Shown here piece after piece: positions 24,298-34,000 of a stretch of DNA of 35,752 nt. The notes under the pieces are model-generated. The model saw only the letters and a list, made by a program, of their open reading frames with translations, ran no database searches and had not been told where the DNA came from. The DNA comes from a virus. Taxonomy: Duplodnaviria > Caudoviricetes. The stretch's first letter is position 1. Each line of letters begins with the position of its first letter. Where the stretch lies: the IMG/VR virus record IMGVR_UViG_3300020727_000044, positions 1-35,752 of that record, one strand, 5' to 3'. The position numbers and the translations under genes were made by a program.

Positions 24298-27200
24298 ATG
24301 GCAATATCACAATTACCAATATCGGGAATGATGGATCTTGACACTCCAAATGAAGTTTGGCAGAAGGGAAGGCATGGTTATGCTAGAAATCTTGAATTTT
24401 ATGGTAATGCAGGTAATTATAAAGCGCAGGTTAAATTAGGTACAACATTGCATTCAAATTCATTTTTACCTACTGCCGGAGTTAATAATATAATAGGTGG
24501 AAAATACGATGCTATTAATAAGAGAATTATTTATTTTAACTACAATTCTTTAGGATATAATGGTATTTATATATTTAATACATTAACTGAAACTTTTCAA
24601 GTATTAGTTCAAGCATATACAAATTCATCTATTGATTTTTTAAATTTTACCGCTACTAATCCAATTAGTTCAATAGATATAATATATGGAGATCCATATT
24701 CATCTTCTTCTGATACAGGAGGTGATTTATTGACATTTGCAGATAGTTTAGGAAGACCTACTAAACTTAATATAGATAGATATTTGGCCGGTGTTTATAC
24801 AAATATAAGCAGGGATTTTATTGATTTGGCAAAAGCGCCTCCTGTAATGCCTATAAAATGTACTTACGAGAATGATAATACCGTAACTGTAAATAATTTA
24901 TTAAATTCATTATATCAATTTGCATATACTTTTATTTATGATGATAGCGAAGAAAGTGTATTAAGCTCAGGAAGTATTACTCCATTACCGGCAATAACAT
25001 TTAGTGCAATAAATACAACAGATAAGACAAAAAGTGCAAGAATATCACTTTATATAGAAACGGGTGATGTAGACGTAAAAAAAATACGAATATATGGAAG
25101 GCAAACTAAGAATGGATTAACAGGCGGGTGGTTTATTATAGATACAGTAGATAAATCGTTTTTTAGTATAGCATCTAATTCAATATATAGATATATTTTT
25201 AAAAATGATGGTATATATATTACCGCAGATCCTAAATTTACTGTTTTATTGCAAGATTACGTTCCTCAACAAGTAAATACACAGGCTTTATTAGACGGAA
25301 ATACAATGGCCTATGCCGGTATAACGGAAGGATATGATTATATAAAATCTAATTATACGATAACAAAAACTAATGCAGCGCCAACATTATTTACAATAAA
25401 TGGTGTATTATTTTTTGCATATCAACCAATTAATAGCAATAATGTAACTATTTATCTTACAGGTGTAGGAACAAATGATGGAACAACAGGATTACCTACT
25501 ACCTTAGATGCGCCTCCATTAAATTTAACAGTAAGAGCAAAAGTAGGATCAACGGATACAAGTTTTAGTATAACAAATTCATTTGAAACTAATATAGCAT
25601 CAATACTTTCTGCATTACAATCAGCAGCAGTTACAGCAGGATGGACTGCAGTATCTTCTACATCAAATAGTATAACTCTAAGTTTGACTAATGTAGTGTT
25701 ACAATCTTCTTATATTTATCAACAAAATGATGCATTAGCTTTAAATCAAGAATTTGCTCATTATCCAAACTCTAGTTATTCATATGGAGTAGTTTATTTT
25801 GATAGCAAAGGAAGAACTAATGGTGTTATTACAGATGTTGGTGCAAATGTTAATACATTAGATTATGCAAATTCTACAATAAATCAAATATCTGTTTATT
25901 TGTATGGATTTTATCCTCCATCATGGGCTTCTTATTATCATTTAGTAAGGACAAATACACTTACTTATAATAAGTATTTATGGTGGGTTTCAAATGGCGC
26001 ATATAGTAATGTAGGTCAATATGTAGCTAATCAATATGCTTACATAGGCATAAGTAATATATATGACTATAATCAACAATTAGAATCTGCTGATAATGTT
26101 GTTAATTATGGTTTTTCACAAGGAGATAGAGTTAAAATAACAGGTGTTTATAATGTAGCAGGAACTCTTACAAGTTTATCATACGATTATGAAATACTTA
26201 ACGTAGTAGTTAATCCAATGCTTAACGGATTAGAACAAACAGGTACTTTTATACAAATTAATTATCCTACAGCAGATATAAGTAGCACTTTTAAATTTGA
26301 TGGATCTCCTGATTTTCAAAATTATCAAATACTTATATATTCACTATCTGAGCATTCTCCGGCAACGGCAACTACAAATAGTAATGTATATTACGAAATA
26401 GGACAACAATATAAAATAGGATACAATCCGGGTACGGGTAAATTGTATCATATGGGTAATGTAGGTGATGATACAGTTCAATTATCGGATGGTGATGTAT
26501 TTTATAGGACTAGATCAGTTCCTACAGGAGCTACTTATTATTTACCTGCCGGTAACTATAAATTTGGTAATCAATTTTCTACATTTTTAATAAATTTTAA
26601 TAACTCATCTAATGCTGTAACTACATCTCAGTATGTAATAGGTCAGCAAAGCAATAGCGAAGCGCCAGGTAATAATACTCCGGCTATGATACCTGGAGAG
26701 TACCCACATTATTCAGATAATGCATTATTTAATAACACAAGTTCAGGGTCTTTATCCATAAGAGTTAGAGGACAATATGTTTTAACTTTAGCTGCAAGTT
26801 TAGGTAGTGCTACCACTTCTGGAATTTACATTAAAATGGTTAATTCTAGCGGTACTGAAAAAGTATTAAAAATAGTACCAGAGCAAAAAGTAACACAAGT
26901 AAATACAGACTATCCTTATGATTTTGATGCAACAATACAAGTTCCTGCAGGATATAAAGCATTTATAATAGTTAGTAACTTAACTCAAGCGCCAGATTTT
27001 TCGGGATTGCCTGATTTGTGGATTAGTCAATTCACCCTTAGATTAGATGTTCTTACAAATATTTCTATAAATGTATATGATTCATCATTTAGTGATACTT
27101 ATAAATTAATTACTAATAATGATTCAAGAGTTCAAATTCAAGATAGAACAGCTCAACAGCAATTTAATAGCACTTTATTTAGATTTGGTAATCCATACGT

Positions 27201-28236
27201 TACAGGAAGTACAATAAATAATATAAACAGATTCTATCCAAATAATACAGATGAATTTGATAAAAGTTATGGTAGCGTAGTTAGGATGAAGCAACACGCA
27301 AGGCAATTAAGGATATATCAAGAAAGAAAAGTAGGTACAGTAGGTGTTTATTCTAATTTTATAAAAGATGTATCAGGGACAGGTAATTTGATTACTACAG
27401 ATGCTATAATAACTCCTAATAATATACAATATTATGATTTCGATGGTGGATTAGGTAATCAGCCGATGGGATTAGTTAGTAATGGATTTGTTGATTATAT
27501 TCCAGATCCGGTAAAAGGAGTTATATGGAGATTAAGTCAAGACGGAGGAGTTCCAATATCTGAAATGTATAAAGTTCAATCATGGACTGGCGCTTATTTG
27601 CCTACATTTTTGAAAAATAATACATATCTTTATGGTGGATATTGCAAGATAATTGGTGTATGGAATACTAAGAAAGACCATTCAAGTGAATATATTTTAT
27701 GCGCACAAGCAGGAACAACGTCTTATGGAGATACTTTAATATTTAATGAGCAAGATAATGCATTTAGATGTTTTGTTGATTTTAATCCTGATTTTATGGT
27801 ATGTGCGGAAAATAGGTTAGTAACTTTTTCTAACGGTAAGTTATACATACATGATAATGCCACTAATTATAATACTTTTTATGGCAATACTTATCCTGCA
27901 TCTATAACAATGGTTTGTAATGATGGACAAAATGCTAAAAAGGAATTTACAGGATACGGATATAATGCAAATGCGAAATGGAGTGCGCCTTATGATGGAG
28001 ATGTTACTACAGCAATAGGTCAATTATCAAACATAATGACTTCCGATATGAATGAAGAAGGTGAAGGAATGTATTATGGTAGTTTTTGGGGAGCGGATGA
28101 TGGGGCTAATGGTGTAATAGATGGATCTAAATTAAAAGGAGTTTGGGCATCTATTAAACTTAGTATAAACACAAGTGCATTTACTTATATTCAAGGAATA
28201 TTTATGAGATACTTAAATAGTCAAAAGAATTTTTAA
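24298..28236 (+). CDS. Tail stabilisation/muzzle protein (P22 gp10-like)
   Basis: 1312 aa beta-rich; N-terminal GMMDLD...Y ARN, YGVVYFDSKGR, D..KG...RLSQDG..PIS, C-terminal G.KLKG.W. Confidence 0.8.
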   Translation: MAISQLPISGMMDLDTPNEVWQKGRHGYARNLEFYGNAGNYKAQVKLGTTLHSNSFLPTAGVNNIIGGKYDAINKRIIYFNYNSLGYNGIYIFNTLTETFQVLVQAYTNSSIDFLNFTATNPISSIDIIYGDPYSSSSDTGGDLLTFADSLGRPTKLNIDRYLAGVYTNISRDFIDLAKAPPVMPIKCTYENDNTVTVNNLLNSLYQFAYTFIYDDSEESVLSSGSITPLPAITFSAINTTDKTKSARISLYIETGDVDVKKIRIYGRQTKNGLTGGWFIIDTVDKSFFSIASNSIYRYIFKNDGIYITADPKFTVLLQDYVPQQVNTQALLDGNTMAYAGITEGYDYIKSNYTITKTNAAPTLFTINGVLFFAYQPINSNNVTIYLTGVGTNDGTTGLPTTLDAPPLNLTVRAKVGSTDTSFSITNSFETNIASILSALQSAAVTAGWTAVSSTSNSITLSLTNVVLQSSYIYQQNDALALNQEFAHYPNSSYSYGVVYFDSKGRTNGVITDVGANVNTLDYANSTINQISVYLYGFYPPSWASYYHLVRTNTLTYNKYLWWVSNGAYSNVGQYVANQYAYIGISNIYDYNQQLESADNVVNYGFSQGDRVKITGVYNVAGTLTSLSYDYEILNVVVNPMLNGLEQTGTFIQINYPTADISSTFKFDGSPDFQNYQILIYSLSEHSPATATTNSNVYYEIGQQYKIGYNPGTGKLYHMGNVGDDTVQLSDGDVFYRTRSVPTGATYYLPAGNYKFGNQFSTFLINFNNSSNAVTTSQYVIGQQSNSEAPGNNTPAMIPGEYPHYSDNALFNNTSSGSLSIRVRGQYVLTLAASLGSATTSGIYIKMVNSSGTEKVLKIVPEQKVTQVNTDYPYDFDATIQVPAGYKAFIIVSNLTQAPDFSGLPDLWISQFTLRLDVLTNISINVYDSSFSDTYKLITNNDSRVQIQDRTAQQQFNSTLFRFGNPYVTGSTINNINRFYPNNTDEFDKSYGSVVRMKQHARQLRIYQERKVGTVGVYSNFIKDVSGTGNLITTDAIITPNNIQYYDFDGGLGNQPMGLVSNGFVDYIPDPVKGVIWRLSQDGGVPISEMYKVQSWTGAYLPTFLKNNTYLYGGYCKIIGVWNTKKDHSSEYILCAQAGTTSYGDTLIFNEQDNAFRCFVDFNPDFMVCAENRLVTFSNGKLYIHDNATNYNTFYGNTYPASITMVCNDGQNAKKEFTGYGYNANAKWSAPYDGDVTTAIGQLSNIMTSDMNEEGEGMYYGSFWGADDGANGVIDGSKLKGVWASIKLSINTSAFTYIQGIFMRYLNSQKNF

Positions 28237-28237
28237 T

Positions 28238-28711
28238 ATGACAGAAGATATAGCTATAGGAACTTTAGATATTCAGGCAAGAATAGATGAATTGGAAGTG
28301 GCTATGCAAGATTTTGAATCTGTAGATTGCCCATTAATTCATACCTTTACAGATGGAATGTATAGGAGGCAAATTACAATGCCAAAAGGTTCTTTGATTA
28401 CAAGTAAAATACATTTAACAGAACATCCATTTGCTATAACAAAAGGATCAGTTTGGGTAAGAATAAATGCGGATGATTGGGAATATTTAGAAGCTCCTTA
28501 TAATGGGATTACTAAACCTGGAACAAGGAGAGTTTTATATATAGAAGAAGAATGTATTTGGACTACATATCATTCAATACCATTCATAATGGGAGAAGAT
28601 GATAATTTAGATGAAGAAAACAAGTTAAAAATGGTAGAACTTATTGAAGATATAATACTTGATAAAAGAGTAAATCCATTATTAGAACAAAAACAAAATT
28701 TATTATTATGA
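28238..28711 (+). CDS. Cupin-like protein
   Basis: PLIHTFTDGMYRRQITMPKGSLITSKIHLTEHP..ITKG...APY...TKPGTRR..Y..E...WTTYH; His ligands present. Confidence 0.75.
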   Translation: MTEDIAIGTLDIQARIDELEVAMQDFESVDCPLIHTFTDGMYRRQITMPKGSLITSKIHLTEHPFAITKGSVWVRINADDWEYLEAPYNGITKPGTRRVLYIEEECIWTTYHSIPFIMGEDDNLDEENKLKMVELIEDIILDKRVNPLLEQKQNLLL

Positions 28712-29475
28712 GTTTTATAGCAGCAGGTGTGTCATTAGGAACAGCAGCAATATCCACAGTTGTGGGACTTAGTGAAAAAGCCAAAGCTAAAAGATTGGCT
28801 GAACAAAATGTTAGACCAAATAAGCCAATAAGTCCTGAAATGCAGGAAAATGTACAATTAGCTAAAGGATTAGCTAATCAAGGTATGCCTGCTCAACAAT
28901 ATACACAAGCAAAGCAAAATATACAACAAAATCAAGCAGCTACATTAAATGCTGCAATGGCTAAAAAAGGAGGTGCTGCAAATGTGGGTGCTATACAAGC
29001 TCAAACAAATCAAGCATTAAGCGGATTAGATACTCAATCTGCTGCAATGAGAGTTCAAAATGTACAAAATTTAATGCATCAAAATCAAGCATTAGCCGGA
29101 GAAAAAGAAAAAGCATGGCAATGGAATAGCGCTATGAAATATGAAGAAAATGCAGCGGCTATTAGAGCGTTAAATACGGCAGGAAATGCTAATATTAATC
29201 AAGCTATTAGTCAAGCAGGAAGCGCTGCCGGATATGCAGCACAAGGATTAAAAACAAATCCTAATGCATCTCAGGTAGGTACAAACACTCAAGTAGGTAC
29301 GGGCGAAACTATACAACAAATGAATCCTCAAACGCAATTTAATACAAACTTTGATATTAGAAATAAAGAATTTAATAGCGCTTTTTATGATCCAAATCAA
29401 GGCATAACACCAGCAGCGGGGTCTTTTTCACCATATCCTACAACTTTAATAAATGGTTCACAACAAGTAGGTTAA
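28708..29475 (+). CDS. Putative DNA ejection/pilot protein
   Basis: Hydrophobic Gly/Ala N-terminus then Ala/Gln/Asn-rich helical body; follows tail genes. Confidence 0.65.
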   Translation: MSFIAAGVSLGTAAISTVVGLSEKAKAKRLAEQNVRPNKPISPEMQENVQLAKGLANQGMPAQQYTQAKQNIQQNQAATLNAAMAKKGGAANVGAIQAQTNQALSGLDTQSAAMRVQNVQNLMHQNQALAGEKEKAWQWNSAMKYEENAAAIRALNTAGNANINQAISQAGSAAGYAAQGLKTNPNASQVGTNTQVGTGETIQQMNPQTQFNTNFDIRNKEFNSAFYDPNQGITPAAGSFSPYPTTLINGSQQVG

Positions 29476-29507
29476 TGGAATTGAAATAAAATTAAAAATT
29501 TAATATT

Positions 29508-31040
29508 ATGGATGGATTAAATATAGCTACTAAGGCAGGTGAATCACAAGCAAATGTATTAGATTGGAGTGGATTAAATAATAATATAAGTAAATTGTAT
29601 GAAAGAAGCATACAAAGGGCTAAAGATGTTCGAGATACTTATGATAAAACAGCGTCTATATATGGGCAAATGGCCGGTAAAGTAAGACCTAATGACTTAC
29701 CATTATTTACAGAAAAGTATAATAAATGGAAAGATGCGGAAATGCTAAAAATGACACCGGAAGTTCAAAAAGATAATAAAAAATATGCACAAGCAGCTCA
29801 AGAATCGGCAAAATATTTTGCTGAAATGCAGGCTGAATATAAAGGAAGTACATCATTTACTGAACAAGGATTAGATAGAACTAAGCAATGGGCTACAGCA
29901 AAAGGATTGGGATATATACCTTCTAAAAAAGTTGAAGAAATAAATGATTTAGCTGCAAAATCAACATGGAGAGATGGTATGAAAAATGGATATTATGATG
30001 TTACGAATTGGATAGCGCCTAAGATTAATTTTCCTTTTGAATCTATTAAAAAATATATGACAGATCCTAAAGGTGGATTTGAAATGAACAAAGAAATAGA
30101 ATCAAAAACTCTACCTGATGGTAAAATACAAAAACAATATGTAACCGGATATAGAAATGTGTCTAAGTTATTTGAAAATGCTTCCGAATTAATGAAGGCA
30201 TCTCCCGATGATAAGACATATGGAGGAGTTCATGAATATTTTTCAACGCAGTTTAATGAATTAAGTAAAACACAGCAAGGACAAAACGAAATAATTAATA
30301 CAATAAACCAGGCAAATGCTTTATTGCCAGCAGAACATCAAATGCCCATTAATGAAGAACATTATGGAATAGCATCAATTGCTCTTAAATATAAGCCTGA
30401 AATAGAATTAAGGGGAGAAGCGAAACCTACTTATGAACAAAAATTAAAAGATAGAGATAGAATTTATAAAGAACATAGAATATATGCTCAACAACATCCT
30501 ATTGCATCATTAGTGCCATCAGCAGCAGTAAACCCTATAAATGATTTATTTGATACCACGATAAAAAATGGGCAAATAGTTCAATTTAAAAAAGGAGGTC
30601 AAACTATTGAAGGATATTCGATAACTGATCCCAATATTATAAAAAACACACCGGTTTCGATTGAAGAAAGAGATATTAAAAAAGGAACAACAGAAAGAGT
30701 AGATAAACAGCCCGATGATTTAATATATAATCCTAATACGCACGAAGTTCAAGCTATTAGGTACAAAAGAACTGCCACAGGAAAAATAGATAAAACACAG
30801 GATGTAGATGTAGCTACTAGAACAGTACCTTATGATGAAATAGCTAAATACTATACAAAGACTACTCCTAAGAATGAAGCAAGAGTAGAAAAGATAACCA
30901 AAGGAGCTAAACCAGCTGAACAAAAAAAATTGACAGGAAATAAAGCTCAATTTGAAGAAGCTGCTAAGAAAAAAGGTTTATCTTCGGCAGATTATAAAAA
31001 GACATTAGAAAAACAAGGATACATAGTAGAAATAAATTAA
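29508..31040 (+). CDS. Putative internal virion (ejection/cargo) protein
   Basis: 510 aa charged protein in the second ejection-protein position. Confidence 0.6.
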   Translation: MDGLNIATKAGESQANVLDWSGLNNNISKLYERSIQRAKDVRDTYDKTASIYGQMAGKVRPNDLPLFTEKYNKWKDAEMLKMTPEVQKDNKKYAQAAQESAKYFAEMQAEYKGSTSFTEQGLDRTKQWATAKGLGYIPSKKVEEINDLAAKSTWRDGMKNGYYDVTNWIAPKINFPFESIKKYMTDPKGGFEMNKEIESKTLPDGKIQKQYVTGYRNVSKLFENASELMKASPDDKTYGGVHEYFSTQFNELSKTQQGQNEIINTINQANALLPAEHQMPINEEHYGIASIALKYKPEIELRGEAKPTYEQKLKDRDRIYKEHRIYAQQHPIASLVPSAAVNPINDLFDTTIKNGQIVQFKKGGQTIEGYSITDPNIIKNTPVSIEERDIKKGTTERVDKQPDDLIYNPNTHEVQAIRYKRTATGKIDKTQDVDVATRTVPYDEIAKYYTKTTPKNEARVEKITKGAKPAEQKKLTGNKAQFEEAAKKKGLSSADYKKTLEKQGYIVEIN

Positions 31041-31044
31041 AGTT

Positions 31045-34000
31045 ATGCCAGACAAAAATCCTTTTGATATTGATTTGAAAGATACTAAATCTGAATCAAC
31101 AAATCCTTTCGATATTGATGTTCCATTAAAAAAAAAAGATGGTGGAAAAGAATCAGTTTCTACTACCACTCCGAAGATGGATATGTCTTTTTTGGAATCA
31201 GGTGGGAAAACTAGCTTAATAAGAGGGGATATAGCTGGATACAAGGGAGTTCCAAGACAAACTGCAAATGAACCCGAAAGAATAACTCAATTAGAAGCAG
31301 CAAAAAAAGAATTTAAAGAAAAATCATTAACTAATACTGCTCAAAGAAGATTATCCGCAAAAGGAATTAAGCCTACCGATGGTAATATTCAGTTAGAAAA
31401 AGAAAGTTTAAAAAAAGATTTAGATAATGGTAGTGTTGACTTTGTCATAGATGATAAAGGCCAACCTGCATTGGGTAGAGTTCCTAAATTTCACGAAGCA
31501 GCGGTAAAGGGATTTTTTGATGTAGTTTCAAATATTTCTGATGATATTGATTTAATGGTAGCCAAAAGAAAAGGCAAAAAGGAATTAAATGAGGCATTCA
31601 AGAATATTGAAAATAGAAAAGAATTAGAAAACAATCTTTCTGGCAATGTTTGGAATATGATGAATGTTATAGATCCAACTAAAATGTCAGCAGCTATAGT
31701 TGTAGATGCTATAAGAGCGCAAAAAGAAGGATTGCCAAGAGCAGAGCCAAGTACAATTGGTAAGATTGGTGAAATGGCAGGACAAGTAGTTCCTTATATT
31801 TTAACAACAGAATTAGGTATTGTGCCTATGGCTACTATGGCTACAATGCAAGCATTACCGGAAAAAGCTACAGAATTATATTCTAAATATAAAAAACAAG
31901 GCCTAAGTGATGAAGATGCAGCAGAAAAAGCTACAGATAATGCTCCTTTTCAGGGCTTTCCTACTGCATTAATGAATTTATTATTAATGAAAGGTGGAGG
32001 AGAAAGCGAAGCATCAAAAAATCTATCTCAAGCCTTATATGGTTTATTGAAAAGCTCTACCAAGATGGGGATTAAAGGCGCTGGTGCAGAAGCCGGAACA
32101 ATAGCAGCAGAAGCAATTCAAGGAGATAAGCCAACTGATATTTGGAATAGATTAACAAATGCTTATGGTAATTGGTTTAAAATGGATTTTACACAAAGGG
32201 GATTAATGGAATCTTTTAATCTTCCTAAGTATATCAGATCAGCAGTTAAGGAAAATGCAATACAGCCTGAAATAAATTCATTTATACAACAAGCAATTAA
32301 AGAAACCCCAAATAGTAATAATATTGTAAATGATTTAAATAAATATCAAATAGCAAGAGAAAAGGTTGCTAAATATACTCCTACTGATATTATGCACCAT
32401 GTATCAGGATTGCAAGAAGCTATTGATAATGGTACTGCTAAATTAGAAGAAATAAGGAAAGATAAAACCATATCTCCCGAAATAGTTAGTCAAGAAGAAA
32501 CGGCCTTACAAGAAAATATAAGAAAGCAATCCGAAATGCTTAAAACGGGAAGAGGAAATGATTATGAAGTAGATGAAGTTACAGGCCAAAAAGCAGGAGA
32601 AGAGTTATCTATATCAAGACATTCTGAAATTCCAAGAGAAGCATATGGTACTGAAAATGAAGTAATCACTCCAAAAGGAGAATCTGATGCAGCACAAGTA
32701 GGCGAATCATTGCCAAAAGGTACTAATGTAGTAACATCTGATATGCCTCGTTCAATACAAACAGGTGAAATAATTGCTGAAAAAACAGAAGGCAAATTAG
32801 AGCAAGATCCATTAATTAGAGAAAGAGGTGAAAATGAATCTCCAAAAGATTTAGCAAAAAGAGTTCAAGAAATAAAAGATAAATATGAAAATAGAAGAGA
32901 TACTCATATAGTAACTCATGGCGAAGTTATGACAATGATGGATGCTGTAGATAAAGCAGGAGGAGATTTAGATAAGGCAGTGCAAATATTTAATAGTGAA
33001 GAAAGTAAGTCATTTGATAATAATGAAGTATATCAAAAACCGGAAGTATTAAAAGAAGAAATAGTACCAAAAGAAGAAAAGACTTTTGCTCAAAAAGATT
33101 TAGACAGAGCAGAAGCTAAGAAAATCCATGCTAAGGTTAAAGATATGGAAGTTCCTACAAGTGCTGAACAAATAGCTTTAAGATATATAGCAGAAGATGG
33201 TAAAATAGGCAAATCTGTAATAGATGAAATAGCAGGGTCAGTTAAAAGAGCTACATTGAATACAGGAGAAAGAGAAAAACTTTCACAGGAAGTTAAATCA
33301 AAAGGATTTTATAGTCCAAAAGAAGAAAAAAGCCTTAGTAAGATTGCTCATGATTTATGGAAAAAAAGTGGCCAAGAAGTTTCAGAAATTGATATTAAGG
33401 ATGCCTTAATGGATGCTATTAATTCTCATAATACAAGACTAGAGGCTGGTAAATCTTATTTAGAACAATATAGTCCAGAATACGCAGAAGAGCAATATTA
33501 TAATAAATTAGCGGAAGAAAGAAAGGCGGAATTTGAAGCAGAACAAGATGAATTAGAAAATCAATTAAGAAGTCCATTAGATGAGCAAATAGAAGGAGAG
33601 GCATCAGAAGAACATTTAAACAATTTAATACAACAATATGAAGCAGAGTATGAAGCAGAAAATAAACAGTCTTCCAAAGGAGGTGAGGGAGAAGTTACTA
33701 AAGAGATTGGCGGCGGAACAAGTGGAGAAGAAGATGAAGAAGGCTCAGGGGTAGAACCGCCAAAGCCTCCTAAAGAAAAACCTCAAGAACCAATGAATTT
33801 TGGATCTTGGACAAGAATTAATATAGCCTCATTAGGAGAAGTTAAAGAATCTTTTAGGAGAGTAGGCATAAGTTGGGATGCGAGAAAAGAAAGTGCAATG
33901 GAAGATTTAGCAGATAAGGCTAAATTAACAGGAAAAACTTTATTTGAAACAGCTAAATCAAGGATGGATGATTTATTTAAAGGTTTTAGCGGCAAATTTG

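Noticed and set aside
7105-33995. Other short antisense or out-of-frame ORFs in the track (e.g. 7105-7326, 10513-11247, 12620-12982, 20306-20545, 32562-32795)
   Set aside because: Nested against well-supported genes, with no initiation context or motifs
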